Source: a virus (lineage: Duplodnaviria > Caudoviricetes). From it: DNA of 64,000 bases. The stretch is from IMG/VR virus record IMGVR_UViG_3300021400_000095; one strand, 5' to 3'. Position 1 is the stretch's first letter. Every line of letters starts with the position of its first letter. Positions 29,451-40,269 of the stretch are shown piece by piece. Under the pieces are notes generated by a model, which saw nothing but the letters and a program-made list of their open reading frames with translations, made no database searches and was not told the DNA's origin. Both the position numbers and the translations under genes were made by a program.

Positions 29451-30368
29451 TTAATCAAAAATTCCAATAATTTCAAAAAGATTATTTATATCTTCAACAA
29501 GGCTTTCTTTTGAATATGTCTTTGATTTTATTTGTTCAAAAATTGCAGAAACTTTTTTAGCTGAAGCACTATCACCACTATTCTCAAATTCATCCTTTTT
29601 CTTCAACATTTTTGATTCACATATTTCCTTATATTTGTTGAAGATTTCTTCAGGATTATTTGATTTACCAAGTTCCATTACAATTTGTTTTTCATCTTCA
29701 TTTAAAATATTAGCATATTTTTCATTGAATTCTTTAACTAAATTTTCAGCAAAACCATCAATGTTTTTTGAAGGTGCAAATGAAACAATATTTTCTCTTT
29801 TATTAATATCCTCTCTTAAAACTTTAATAGCAGCACTAAATTCAGCCAAATTTCTTGCAGATTTTTTGTTTTCAACAATGTATTCAATTGCTGAGTCAAG
29901 TTCTGTATTCTCTTCAGCTAAATGTGCATCAGCACTTTCTCCTAAATACTTATAAGCACTTGCAAGAACTTCTCCTAATTTCTTAACATCTTCTTTAAGT
30001 GTTTTTGCAATAACCTTGTTTTCTGCAAAATTATTTACAAAATAATCAATATCAGAATTTGTACCAGCCTTTCTAATACTTTCATATATGTCATGTAAGG
30101 TACTTAAATTCTTTGAAGACTTAATTGTATTTACATATTTAGCAATAATTGATTTTCCTTTAGTTGTTTCAATTAATAAACCAGATACACCTTCAAAAGA
30201 TTCTTTAATATACCCAAATGATTTATTGGATATTTCTTCAGCCTTTTCATTTATCATTATTTCATGAAGCCTCTCCATAAAACTATTATTAATGTCTTCT
30301 TGAAGTTGCTTAAGTTCAGCACTGTTGTTTATCTTATTTAAATTTATATTGTATGTTCTCATAATCAT
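29451..30368 (-). CDS. Helical head-associated hypothetical protein
   Basis: 305-aa ORF downstream of portal, with several (L/I)xE sites. Confidence 0.55.
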   Translation of the reverse strand: MIMRTYNINLNKINNSAELKQLQEDINNSFMERLHEIMINEKAEEISNKSFGYIKESFEGVSGLLIETTKGKSIIAKYVNTIKSSKNLSTLHDIYESIRKAGTNSDIDYFVNNFAENKVIAKTLKEDVKKLGEVLASAYKYLGESADAHLAEENTELDSAIEYIVENKKSARNLAEFSAAIKVLREDINKRENIVSFAPSKNIDGFAENLVKEFNEKYANILNEDEKQIVMELGKSNNPEEIFNKYKEICESKMLKKKDEFENSGDSASAKKVSAIFEQIKSKTYSKESLVEDINNLFEIIGIFD

Positions 30369-30390
30369 ATTTTTTTAATAAATAGTTTTG

Positions 30391-32505
30391 TTAAATGATT
30401 TGTTCAGTGTCACCATCTAATTCATTGTAAAAATCTGTTTCAGTATAACCACTTTCCTTGTTTTCATCATCTGATGAATCACTATCTTCAACTTCTTCAC
30501 TAATTATGTTTTTATCTGAATCATCAAGCAAATTATCAATCTTGTCAAAAATATTACCAACAACCTCATTTATAAAAACATTCTTGCTTTCAAAATCAAA
30601 AGGCTCTTCAACATAATCTGGTGATTCCTTGATACATTTATTCAATAAATCAAAATATTGTTCAGTAAATGTTTTAACTTCATTAATTACAGGCTTTTTC
30701 TTTTTCCTTGATTCCATTGGACCACCATTATCTGCTTCAGGTGCTTCTGACATGTCCATTGTGTCCTCAGTTCCACCCATGTCACCCATGTCTTCAGAAC
30801 CAGCACTTCCAAGTGAATCCATATTAAGTGAACCACCTCCAATGTCAGGACTACCACCAGGGCCACCACCCATGTCCCCCATTTCATCATTACTTTGTGC
30901 TTGTTGCTGACCACCATTCAATGCATCATAATCACCATATACTCTATCTACATCATCAAACACACCTGTTTTCTTAATTATGCTTGCTGTGTTTTCAAGT
31001 TCAGCAGCCATTGCCTTCTCCAACCTGATTTCTAATAACATGTCTTTGATTTCTTCATCTGTCATCTTCATGATTTTTTTCAATACCAAATGAAGTGACA
31101 TTAATGGCATACCAATACCAGGGTCTGCTAAAGCAGCAGTTGCTGTTCCAATTCTCTTTGTAATGTCTTCAAGTTCAAGTGCTTCAATTTGTGCTGATGG
31201 ATTGTTTAATGATAAACTGAAATTCATTAATTCATCATCAAGCCCAAGAAAATGAAGGTGAACCATTGCAACTTTATTTAATTCCATTAATAGATATTGT
31301 TGAATAGTGTTTATCATTCTGGAAAACCTTACATCCAATAATGATAAATTCTGACCCTTTCCTTGTGCCTCTTGGAAATTTAAGAAAGTTTTAGGTACTC
31401 TTAAAGCAGCAAATATTTTGTTCTGCATATAATTAATATCATCCATTTGAGTTGGATTTTGTGCAGATGGCAAATTCTCAATTGGTGTAGGTGCAGAAGG
31501 GTCTCTGACTGGAATAAAATAATCAGTTGAAACATCCATGAAGTTCTTTCTTAAATCAACTTGACCTGTTTGTGGGTCAATAACAGGTGTTCTCTTAAAC
31601 TGATTAGCAAATTCTTGAATAAATGCAGGAACATCTTGGTCATCAATTGCACCAACATAAACCTTAAACACCCTTCTTTCAATACTCTTATCCAATCTGT
31701 AAATCAACATGGCATCTTCCATCATAGACCACATTCTCCATGCCCTTCTTGCTTTATGCAAATGACTTACACCATATGGTAAAAATAAACTGTCTTTTAA
31801 TAATCTAAAATGTGCAACCTGCCAATCTTTATATGGTGTTGCTTCATTATGACCAACCCAAACAAATCTTGTTTCATCTGGCTTTAAATCTTGAATTTGA
31901 TTTGGTAATACACCTGAATACATTGAAGTATATCCATTTTCAACTCTGTCCATTTCATAAACAGGTAACTGCTTCCAACCTAAAACACCATTTTTTTGGT
32001 CAATATTTAATAACATGAATTGATTACCATATTTTGCCATTGCTCTTGCAATCATAGGTAATGTAATATGTATGTTTAACCTGTTTACAAATAAATCTTC
32101 AAGTATTGACTTAACTCTTCTTGACTTTGATTTGATGGATAACATGACATTATCACTATTGAAATTACATGCTTCCTCTGATATAATGTCAAGTGCTGCC
32201 CCAATTTCAGGTGTTGCATCCATTAAATCAGCATCCCTGTACATTAACTTCACAGCAGTATAACCAGCAAGACTTTCCATTGCATTATCTGCTCCTGCTT
32301 TAGCCCACTGATATGATAATAATTTCTGTTGCTTTAACTGAGTTAATTTTCTTTCATATGCTTCCTTGTCAGTTGTTGTATATAATACCCTTTCACTTGC
32401 AGCAGGAAGTCCTGTTGCTGGTGTTCTTGTAATATCAGGTGAAACACTGCTTCCAAATAATGTATTTCCAACCCTTTGAAATATTGTTTGTCTTTTATCT
32501 GCCAT
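30391..32505 (-). CDS. Portal protein (T4 gp20-like) with acidic C-terminal extension
   Basis: PEIGAALDIISEE, PYGVSHL, MEDAMLIYR..ERRVFKVYVG, DYFIPVR, ALRVPKTFL, DVRFSR. Confidence 0.93.
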   Translation of the reverse strand: MADKRQTIFQRVGNTLFGSSVSPDITRTPATGLPAASERVLYTTTDKEAYERKLTQLKQQKLLSYQWAKAGADNAMESLAGYTAVKLMYRDADLMDATPEIGAALDIISEEACNFNSDNVMLSIKSKSRRVKSILEDLFVNRLNIHITLPMIARAMAKYGNQFMLLNIDQKNGVLGWKQLPVYEMDRVENGYTSMYSGVLPNQIQDLKPDETRFVWVGHNEATPYKDWQVAHFRLLKDSLFLPYGVSHLHKARRAWRMWSMMEDAMLIYRLDKSIERRVFKVYVGAIDDQDVPAFIQEFANQFKRTPVIDPQTGQVDLRKNFMDVSTDYFIPVRDPSAPTPIENLPSAQNPTQMDDINYMQNKIFAALRVPKTFLNFQEAQGKGQNLSLLDVRFSRMINTIQQYLLMELNKVAMVHLHFLGLDDELMNFSLSLNNPSAQIEALELEDITKRIGTATAALADPGIGMPLMSLHLVLKKIMKMTDEEIKDMLLEIRLEKAMAAELENTASIIKKTGVFDDVDRVYGDYDALNGGQQQAQSNDEMGDMGGGPGGSPDIGGGSLNMDSLGSAGSEDMGDMGGTEDTMDMSEAPEADNGGPMESRKKKKPVINEVKTFTEQYFDLLNKCIKESPDYVEEPFDFESKNVFINEVVGNIFDKIDNLLDDSDKNIISEEVEDSDSSDDENKESGYTETDFYNELDGDTEQII

Positions 32506-32561
32506 ATATTTTTATTTCTAATAAAATAAGTTATAGCAACTTAAATGTAAATGTTTATTAA

Positions 32562-32759
32562 CTACTTTCCTTCTTTCCAACAATCAAAACAACCCTTTCC
32601 TAATAAATGGTCATATACTGATTGATAAAATAAACCATGTTTAGGACAATAAATTGGAATGTTGTTAAATGGTTCTATATTTGTATCTGGTACACTTCTA
32701 TAATCATATGTGTTACCATATATTTCAGTTGCTCTCTCAACAAATTCTTTCTTTGTCAT
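32562..32759 (-). CDS. Stand-alone single zinc-ribbon repeat (endonuclease remnant or DNA-binding mini-protein)
   Basis: EFVERA..YDY..IYCPKHGLFYQ..HLLGKGCFDC; one unit of the repeat in 1642-3366 and 35824-36621, with no nuclease domain. Confidence 0.7.
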   Translation of the reverse strand: MTKKEFVERATEIYGNTYDYRSVPDTNIEPFNNIPIYCPKHGLFYQSVYDHLLGKGCFDCWKEGK

Positions 32760-32761
32760 AA

Positions 32762-33892
32762 TTAAATTACATATATATTAAGAGGTGTGTGCTTTTGAAT
32801 ACTCAATGTAGCCTCTATTAATTCTGCTTGTTCTTTCATTAAATTAACAGGTCTCATCTTATCAAGCCTATCAACAAGTGCTTTCATTGCTTCATCCCAC
32901 TCTTCCTTTCCTTGTTGATTTAAAAGTTGATAATCCATTGTCATTTCTGCTTGTGGAATGTTTACCTTTCCACTAAATTTACCTCTAATTAAGGCTAAGG
33001 TCTGTTTTGCCCTTGCAACTAATAATTGTCTTATTGTTGCCTTTGTTGGGTCATTTAAAAATGCATAATCAATATTTGCTAACTTAATTTGGTCTGGTGT
33101 TAAAATTACATTTCCAGCATTTGCCCTTGCACACTCATCTGCTTCCTCAGCACTCTTTGTATCATAATATGTGTACCAAACTTCACAACCAACTAAACCA
33201 AGTCCACCACCAACACCACCAATGTATCCAAAAGATAATTTACTACCAGGTGTTGACATTAAATGAATTAAATGTGTACCATTTGGACCTGCTGTAACTT
33301 TATAAACCAAGTCACTTCTCAATAATCTGTTTTTGTATTGTAAATCTGTTGCAAGATATGCAACATCAGCAGCAGGTGCTGTGTAAAAACCACCAACAGG
33401 CCCATATGCTCCACCACCTAATTGACCAAATCCACCAGCAAACCCAATGTCAATACCACCATAATTAGCAAATAATGCTGCTTGTGATACAGGTGGATTT
33501 ACATACATAACCTTGTTAATTGTCCTTCCAGCTGGCACAACATAAACTTGCTTACCTTTTTCAATTGTGAAAAAATCTTTCTTTAATTCCCATGGACCTT
33601 CTTGCTGTAAACCAACTTGCTTTGAAAACCAATATGAATAATCCTTACTCATGTCCAAAGACCTTGTTGATAATGCAAATGCCATATCAAGATTTGTTAC
33701 ATTCTTTCCATATAATGATACCCACTGGCTTTGTATTAACCAATTGTTGACCTTCTCTGAATAATCCTCAATACAAGATTCAAGTAAATCACAAAGCTGC
33801 TCATCAGTTAATTCAACACTGACAACAGGTGCACCCAACATGCTCCTGACTCTCTTAAATAATGCCCTTACTTCATCTGTTACCTTTGTCAT
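32762..33892 (-). CDS. Neck/head-completion protein (T4 gp13-like)
   Basis: LGAPVVSVELTDEQL..AKQTLALIRGKFSG..QQGKEE. Confidence 0.8.
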   Translation of the reverse strand: MTKVTDEVRALFKRVRSMLGAPVVSVELTDEQLCDLLESCIEDYSEKVNNWLIQSQWVSLYGKNVTNLDMAFALSTRSLDMSKDYSYWFSKQVGLQQEGPWELKKDFFTIEKGKQVYVVPAGRTINKVMYVNPPVSQAALFANYGGIDIGFAGGFGQLGGGAYGPVGGFYTAPAADVAYLATDLQYKNRLLRSDLVYKVTAGPNGTHLIHLMSTPGSKLSFGYIGGVGGGLGLVGCEVWYTYYDTKSAEEADECARANAGNVILTPDQIKLANIDYAFLNDPTKATIRQLLVARAKQTLALIRGKFSGKVNIPQAEMTMDYQLLNQQGKEEWDEAMKALVDRLDKMRPVNLMKEQAELIEATLSIQKHTPLNIYVI

Positions 33893-33910
33893 AACATAAA
33901 CATATTTTTA

Positions 33911-33921
33911 TATAAATAGTT
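33911..33921 (-). promoter_or_regulatory. Putative late promoter AACTATTTATA
   Basis: 18 nt upstream of the neck gene start. Confidence 0.6.
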
Positions 33922-33938
33922 GAATAAACTATTAAAAA

Positions 33939-35837
33939 TTATTTTATCAACCACCTATAAGCATCAATAACTGTGTTGCCTACCTTATCTATTGTGTGAT
34001 TACTGTATATTGGCATATATGTTTTTGTTGGCTCTGCTGATATTGTTCTGTTGCTTTGCTTCTGTGGCATGCTTGCCTGTATTTTTTTTGCACTGTTAAT
34101 CCATGCCATTAAAAATGATGCATCTTTCTCTCTTGCAACTTGTAAATTATTAAAATGAAACTTGTAAACAAACATACCCATACCTAAACATGTCAATGTA
34201 TCATCATGACAACCATCTTGATGGTCTTGCCTACCATTCTTGAATATCCATGTGTCCAACTCACCAATAACTCTCTTACTTCTAATCCTAATTGCATTTG
34301 TCTTAATGTCATTGGCAAAAAATGATAACATTTGAAATCTAACTGAACTGTTGTGAAAACCTGGTAATTTTCCATCATTTGTCAATTGTATTGTGGATGC
34401 ATCTCTCTGTATAGTAAATGTTTTTAATGTTGGGTCATCATAAAATAAATTCTTGTAACCTAGCCTCATCATGGCTAATACTGTTGCATCACCATAACCA
34501 CCAATACACTCAACAATGGCAAAGGCTTCATTATACCACATACCATACCAATATGCAATCTCACCTAAATTGTCACCAGTAATCTTTCCATTGTATTCCA
34601 ATACTTGCTCAATACATGGTAAACCATTTTCATCAATGGCATCAATGTCAAGAATTTCAATAGCAGACCTATCATCACTGTCACCTCTACTTGCATCAAT
34701 TGGCATAATGTACCTGTGACCAGGAATTGGTTTCTTCCAAACCCATGTATCTTCAAGATGAAACATATCATCATCCTCTGATTTTGATAATGGTGTTCTT
34801 ACATTCAATGTCTCCTGCATCTCAATAAACTCTGGCTCCACAACATTTGATGCTGAACCTAAAAATGAAACATCCAATTCCTGTGCAATCTTTTGTTCAT
34901 CATTGTTAAATTGCTGACACATCTTTGTATACCATGGTGACCTTGGTTTCCATCCATCTTTGACCATCTCAGACCAATGCTCATTGTCCCATTTTATATT
35001 ACCATCCTTGTCAATCAAAGGCTCCTTGAATACCTCTATTTCACCTGTTTCTTTGTTCTTCTTTGTCCATTCAAGATGCTTGTTATATCTTGGGTCTTGA
35101 TACCACTTTAATTCAACTAATTCAAAATTGTTCCAATCACTTGTACCCTTTAATGCAGCCCTTCTACATGTTTCATAATAAAGTTGGTCCTTACCATTAG
35201 GTGTTGAAATCATAATAGTATGACCACCTGTTGAAATTGTAGGAACTGCTGATGCATAAACATCTTTACCATTTTCAATGAAAGCAGCCTCATCAAGTAC
35301 CAACCATGTAACACCACCAACACCTCTTGATGCATCAGGCCCTGATGACCTTGCAACAACCTTACAACCATTTTTTAATCTCAATTCTTTGTTGTTACAT
35401 ACATCAAATATGATGTTTTTGTTATCAGGTGCTTTTAATATATCATATCCTTTGTCAAAATATTCATCACCCCACATCCATAAAGGAAATTGTAGCAAAA
35501 AGTCTCTTACTTTAAAAAGAAATTGCTGTGCCAAATCCAATGTGTTACCAATACAAAGTACTGTTTGTGGCATATCCTTATCAGCAAGGCACATCTCACA
35601 TGAAATAAATGCACTTGCTGTTGTTGTAATACCAGCCTGTCTCGGCTTGGTGCAAACAACATTATGACCACCTGAAAATGCTTCACATAGTTTAATTTGT
35701 CTTGGGTATAACTTGAAATTTACCTCTTTACCTTGTGTGGCATCATAGGTTTTAAGATAATTTTCTATCATATATACCCTTGTTTTATTTCTAAAACATT
35801 TAATATACTCACTTTGTAAATACCTAATGTCTATCAT
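33939..35837 (-). CDS. terL: Terminase large subunit (T4 gp17-like)
   Basis: LYPRQ, KPRQAGITT, LVLDEAAF, ISTPNG, IAQELDVSFLGS, PIDASRG, HDDTL. Confidence 0.93.
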   Translation of the reverse strand: MIDIRYLQSEYIKCFRNKTRVYMIENYLKTYDATQGKEVNFKLYPRQIKLCEAFSGGHNVVCTKPRQAGITTTASAFISCEMCLADKDMPQTVLCIGNTLDLAQQFLFKVRDFLLQFPLWMWGDEYFDKGYDILKAPDNKNIIFDVCNNKELRLKNGCKVVARSSGPDASRGVGGVTWLVLDEAAFIENGKDVYASAVPTISTGGHTIMISTPNGKDQLYYETCRRAALKGTSDWNNFELVELKWYQDPRYNKHLEWTKKNKETGEIEVFKEPLIDKDGNIKWDNEHWSEMVKDGWKPRSPWYTKMCQQFNNDEQKIAQELDVSFLGSASNVVEPEFIEMQETLNVRTPLSKSEDDDMFHLEDTWVWKKPIPGHRYIMPIDASRGDSDDRSAIEILDIDAIDENGLPCIEQVLEYNGKITGDNLGEIAYWYGMWYNEAFAIVECIGGYGDATVLAMMRLGYKNLFYDDPTLKTFTIQRDASTIQLTNDGKLPGFHNSSVRFQMLSFFANDIKTNAIRIRSKRVIGELDTWIFKNGRQDHQDGCHDDTLTCLGMGMFVYKFHFNNLQVAREKDASFLMAWINSAKKIQASMPQKQSNRTISAEPTKTYMPIYSNHTIDKVGNTVIDAYRWLIK

Positions 35838-36621
35838 AACTTGAAATACTTTTAATATTCTTTATTAATTCCTCTTCATTAGTATAAATTTTACTTAAAT
35901 ATTCATTAGGGATTTCTTTAGTTTTTTCATATGTAAAATATAATAATATTATATTGTTTTTGACACATAAATTATACTTCCTTTTATCCCTTTCACAAAC
36001 ATCAATATATCCTTTTATTCCTCCAAATTTTGAAATTGGTTTAAAATGTTGTCTTCCTTGGTATTCAATTCCAATATTATAATCAGGCAAAAAAATATCT
36101 ATTGATTGTGGTTTTCCATTTGTTTTTAAAAAATCAGGTTTGTATTGTGAAATAACATTACTAAAACTTTTTTTCATTATTTCATAAAGTTTTTTCTCTG
36201 AAACATCATTTCTTCCACATATTGGGCAACCACTACCAGCAATGTGATGATGTGGTGTTTGCCAAAATTCCCCATGTTCTGGGCAAATAATACATACTTT
36301 TGTCTCATTGTTTACATATTCTACTTTACTGTAGTCATATTTGTTTCCATGTATTTTTATTGCTTTTTTCACAAAATCTTCTGTTGATAAACCTTGTTTT
36401 TCCCTAATTTTTTTTGTTGAATTAATATATCTACAAACAGGACAACCTTGCCCTCTTCTCATATGACAATCAGGTGTTTGCCAAAATTCTCCATGTTCTG
36501 GACAAATAATGCATACCTTTGTTTTATTGTTTATATATTCAACTTTTGAATAATCATATTTATTTTTGTGCAATTTAACAGACCTTTCAATAAATTCTTC
36601 AAGATTTAATTTTTGTGGCAT
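35824..36621 (-). CDS. Free-standing homing endonuclease-like protein (two zinc-ribbon repeats and PD-(D/E)XK/Vsr-like domain)
   Basis: IICPEHGEFWQ twice; SIDIFLPDYNIGIEYQGRQHF..RDKRK; overlaps the terminase start. Confidence 0.78.
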   Translation of the reverse strand: MPQKLNLEEFIERSVKLHKNKYDYSKVEYINNKTKVCIICPEHGEFWQTPDCHMRRGQGCPVCRYINSTKKIREKQGLSTEDFVKKAIKIHGNKYDYSKVEYVNNETKVCIICPEHGEFWQTPHHHIAGSGCPICGRNDVSEKKLYEIMKKSFSNVISQYKPDFLKTNGKPQSIDIFLPDYNIGIEYQGRQHFKPISKFGGIKGYIDVCERDKRKYNLCVKNNIILLYFTYEKTKEIPNEYLSKIYTNEEELIKNIKSISSYDRH

Positions 36622-36679
36622 ATTAATAAGTCTTAGTTTAATTGTTATTATATTAATAAATATTTTAAATAGTATATTT

Positions 36680-36710
36680 TTTGAAAAAATCAGATTTTTT
36701 TATATATTTG
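36680..36710 (+). promoter_or_regulatory. Bacteroidota-type promoter
   Basis: TTTG-N19-TATATTTG. Confidence 0.5.
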
Positions 36711-36751
36711 TATGAAATATTTTAGATAATTAATAATATTTATATAAAAAC

Positions 36752-37714
36752 ATGTCTTTATATATGAAAACACAACTTAATGAAACAATTAATCTTATGA
36801 ATAGAATGAACTTGTTTGAAGGTACATCACCAAGACAACAAGTTTCAAGAGATGAAATTATTGATATTCTTAATCAACAAGATGATAGTGCTGGTGGTAC
36901 TTTTGTTTCCTTTGTTTATGTAAAACCACAAAGTTTTTATGTAACAAGAAAAAATTGGAGAACTGATGATGTTAACAATGTACTTTCAAAATATGGTGAA
37001 GAAGGTAATGAACACTGGTATCCTTATGTCAAAAAATTTAATGATGATGCAACACAGAAAAAATTAAATGGCATTGATGGCATTATTGTTACTACAAGAT
37101 ATAATGTCCACTGGACAACCCCTGAATCATATAAAAAAGCATATTCAGACTACTCTGAAAAATTACATGCTCTTAGAATGAGAAATGGTATTGGCCTTGA
37201 TTCTGATGGTATGCTTGGTGATAACCATAACCAAAGACAAACAAGTGACTATGGCCCACAATTTAACCAAACAGGAAATCTTTCAAAAGATTTTAATCTT
37301 GCATCAATGACAACAAAACCAAAATCAACTTGTTATGTTGTTGGTAATGATGGACTTATTAAAGGTGAAATTCCTGATGAAATGATTAAAGCAATGAATA
37401 AGCCATATACACCACAAGGCCCTGAAAAAGCAGTTGCTGATGTATTATCTGGTGAAGCACTTGAAGCCTATATGAAAGCAAAAGCAGAACTTGATAAAAC
37501 ATTTAATGGCAAAAATTTCCTATATGATAAAATCCTTTCAATTGTTGCAACAGTTAATGGAACATCATATTATTATATCAATGATGCAATTAAATCAGAA
37601 ATTAGGAAAAACTCTGAAATAACTGTTAATCCACAAGAACTTGTTAAAATTGCACAAGAACAATTATCAAATTCGTTCAAGGAAATTGCTGATTATGACC
37701 CAGCAAAAAGATAA
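36752..37714 (+). CDS. Hypothetical protein with scaffold-like N-terminal helix
   Basis: KTQLNETINLMNRMNLFEG; late motif at about 36735. Confidence 0.65.
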   Translation: MSLYMKTQLNETINLMNRMNLFEGTSPRQQVSRDEIIDILNQQDDSAGGTFVSFVYVKPQSFYVTRKNWRTDDVNNVLSKYGEEGNEHWYPYVKKFNDDATQKKLNGIDGIIVTTRYNVHWTTPESYKKAYSDYSEKLHALRMRNGIGLDSDGMLGDNHNQRQTSDYGPQFNQTGNLSKDFNLASMTTKPKSTCYVVGNDGLIKGEIPDEMIKAMNKPYTPQGPEKAVADVLSGEALEAYMKAKAELDKTFNGKNFLYDKILSIVATVNGTSYYYINDAIKSEIRKNSEITVNPQELVKIAQEQLSNSFKEIADYDPAKR

Positions 37715-37736
37715 TATCTAATTTTTAAAATAACCT

Positions 37737-37770
37737 AATGGCAATAACTTGTTTTATTGCCATTTTTTTT
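37737..37770 (+). terminator. Intrinsic terminator
   Basis: aatggcaataa..ttattgccatt followed by T-tract. Confidence 0.75.
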
Positions 37771-37797
37771 ATATTTTTACAAAAAAAAATATATAAT

Positions 37798-38187
37798 ATG
37801 GGAAAAACATATAAAGAACTTCAACAAGAATTTGATAGACTATTAAAAATAGTCCAAGATAAAGAAGATGATTGTGCTAAAAAAGGTATGCCATTTGAAG
37901 ATATGATTCAACAAACATCAATGGAAAGAAATAACCTTATTGATATTTCACAACAAATGAGACTAATCCAAGAACCAGTACTTGAATTTGGTAAAACTTG
38001 GAAAGGTGATATAATCCCTTTTGATAATTTTAAACAAATGTGCCAAAATAAAACAATTGTTGATTCTGATGGCTATGGATATTATGCAACTGAAACTGCT
38101 AAAAGCAATATTGAAATCTATCCATCTGATATTATTGAAAATAAATATAGAACAGACTTTTCTCATGTAATATGGTTTAACAAATAA
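37798..38187 (+). CDS. Hypothetical protein
   Basis: Probable ATG at 37798 (the longer ORF runs through the terminator); DSDGYGYY, HVIWFNK. Confidence 0.6.
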   Translation: MGKTYKELQQEFDRLLKIVQDKEDDCAKKGMPFEDMIQQTSMERNNLIDISQQMRLIQEPVLEFGKTWKGDIIPFDNFKQMCQNKTIVDSDGYGYYATETAKSNIEIYPSDIIENKYRTDFSHVIWFNK

Positions 38188-38197
38188 TGTAATTGAT

Positions 38198-38524
38198 ATG
38201 TTTAAAATTAATGAAGAAATAAATGGAGGATGGCCAATATATGCACTTACTCTTAAAGAAATCCTAACACAACTTGGCTTTGAAATAAATAAAACCAATG
38301 ATATTATATATCTGAATTTAAATGAAACTAATAATAAACTTCTTGACTCATATCCAATACTACTTGAAGATGATGGAATGGGTTATGGTATTAACCCACA
38401 GTTCATTACTCTTGTGGATAAAGAAATATATGAAGATGAATGTACTAATAGTAAATTGAATGTATTTAATTTGTGGAAAGAAAAATATTCTAATACAAAT
38501 GAAAATGATAAAGAGACTGATTAA
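38198..38524 (+). CDS. Hypothetical protein
   Basis: 108-aa ORF. Confidence 0.55.
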   Translation: MFKINEEINGGWPIYALTLKEILTQLGFEINKTNDIIYLNLNETNNKLLDSYPILLEDDGMGYGINPQFITLVDKEIYEDECTNSKLNVFNLWKEKYSNTNENDKETD

Positions 38525-38538
38525 CTCAGTCTCTTTTT
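38510..38538. terminator. Bidirectional intrinsic terminator
   Basis: aaagagactga-ttaac-tcagtctcttt. Confidence 0.75.
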
Positions 38539-40232
38539 CTTTCCCATACATATTTTATTAATCCACAATCCCATATTCTATCATATCCTAATTCTTTTGC
38601 CATTTCAGTTTCTGTCATTGTTAATGGAAAACCAAATTTTTTATGCAATTTTTTCTTATTTAAAAGCATCTTGTGTATTCTTTTATATTTGTTATTGTCT
38701 TTTGTCTTATCACTATAATATTTATAATCAGGTGGATTAAATCTATCAAATTTAAAACCTAACTTAGTATAAAGATTTTCAGTACTATTAATTGTCCATC
38801 TTCTATCAGCAAATGATACTATTTTGTTTGGTTTAAATTCTTTTACAAAATAACCAAACAACTTTCCACCAATTCCTTGGCAAATATAATTATAATTACT
38901 TGCAAATCTTGAAAGTTCCCAACAAGCATTTCTCATTGAGCCATTTTTAAATGTCATAACAGCCACTAATTCATCATTATAATAAGCACCTAAATAAATA
39001 CTTGATGCAACATATCCTTGTATGTGGTATTTTTCAAGAAAATCCTTTGCATCTGACATTCTTATTTGCTTTATTTCACACTTTCTACCCATAATTTTTG
39101 GTTTGTTATTATCAAGATGTAAAATGTGACTTAATTTATTAAATACAATATCTTTATGAAAAAAATATTCATCTTCAAAAATGTGAATAAGGCCATATCC
39201 ATGTTTATTACAAATTTCTGTCTTTTCTAAATGATACCTGTGTGATTTTTTACCAAACCATTCTGTATGCCACTTAAGTCCATCAAACTCAATACCAATT
39301 TTTAAATCAGGAATTAAAATATCTATTTCCTTACCTTCAAGAATTTGTCTATTGGTTTCAAATTTTATGTTATTATTAGTTAAAAATTCTTGTATTTCTT
39401 TTTCATATTTAGAAACAAATCTATGTTTGTTGGTTGTTAAATTAACAAGTTTTTGTGCATCTAATGTTTGTTTATACATGTTTTCTGACATTAATTGCAC
39501 TTCAGGATATTTTTCTTTTAATTCAGAAAGACTAATGCCATGTGTTTTAATATGTGATAAAGTTAATTTTTCATATTTCTCACCACAAATAGGGCATTGA
39601 ACAAAATTACTATTATTTTCTAACAATAATCCCCTTTCAATATGTTTTTTATATTTCTTAAAATAAAAAATATCATCAGGAAATTCTTTAATATAGTCAG
39701 CAAGTGATTTATTGTGTACCTCTTTTAAATGTACTTCAAATGCACCACTCTTATTTTCTATATCAACAGTTTCCCAATCACAATAAGGACACTTTTTTAC
39801 TTCTTTTTTTTCTCTTTTTTCAACATCAAACCACTGTTCCCACCAATAATTACCTGTTGTTTGATAATAAATCCTTCTGTCATATAAACTTGGTATTTCT
39901 ATCTTTAGTTTTTCCCTAATATGGCTTGTTAGATGACCCCCATCATTATTACAATCAACATATTCAGTACCATCAATTTTAGATTTAGCAACATAATAAT
40001 AACTATCTGTATTTATATACTTTTTTATATGAAAATCAGGCACAACAAAATTTCTAACAATTCTTTCAGAATGCCTATCTCTTAACTTAATATTATTTCT
40101 TGATAAAATTTCTTTTGCTTTAATTTTACCTATTCTATATTTTGTGCAAATATCCAATAACTTGGAACCATTTAAATACTCATTACACAATTCAAGTTCA
40201 TTAATGCTAATATCTTTTCTCATGTTTATCAT
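38526..40232 (-). CDS. Free-standing homing endonuclease-like protein (C2H2-like fingers, PD-(D/E)XK, Hef-like C-domain)
   Basis: CPYC..H...H, CPIC..H...H; EIDILIPDLKIGIEFDGLKWH; FLEKYHIQG..WELSRF..SFADRRW..RIWDCG; directly downstream of the capsid gene. Confidence 0.75.
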   Translation of the reverse strand: MINMRKDISINELELCNEYLNGSKLLDICTKYRIGKIKAKEILSRNNIKLRDRHSERIVRNFVVPDFHIKKYINTDSYYYVAKSKIDGTEYVDCNNDGGHLTSHIREKLKIEIPSLYDRRIYYQTTGNYWWEQWFDVEKREKKEVKKCPYCDWETVDIENKSGAFEVHLKEVHNKSLADYIKEFPDDIFYFKKYKKHIERGLLLENNSNFVQCPICGEKYEKLTLSHIKTHGISLSELKEKYPEVQLMSENMYKQTLDAQKLVNLTTNKHRFVSKYEKEIQEFLTNNNIKFETNRQILEGKEIDILIPDLKIGIEFDGLKWHTEWFGKKSHRYHLEKTEICNKHGYGLIHIFEDEYFFHKDIVFNKLSHILHLDNNKPKIMGRKCEIKQIRMSDAKDFLEKYHIQGYVASSIYLGAYYNDELVAVMTFKNGSMRNACWELSRFASNYNYICQGIGGKLFGYFVKEFKPNKIVSFADRRWTINSTENLYTKLGFKFDRFNPPDYKYYSDKTKDNNKYKRIHKMLLNKKKLHKKFGFPLTMTETEMAKELGYDRIWDCGLIKYVWERKRD

Positions 40233-40238
40233 TTTTTA

Positions 40239-40269
40239 CAAATATACACATTTTTATAATAAATATCAA
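40239..40269 (-). promoter_or_regulatory. Bacteroidota-type promoter of the endonuclease gene
   Basis: TTG-N20-TATATTTG on the minus strand. Confidence 0.55.

Noticed and set aside
33939-35837. Intein or inactivation in terminase (Walker A RQAGITT lacks Lys)
   Set aside because: No intein blocks and all other motifs are intact; treated as a lineage variant. IMPDH/GMPR, Clp and the protease also show no inteins.
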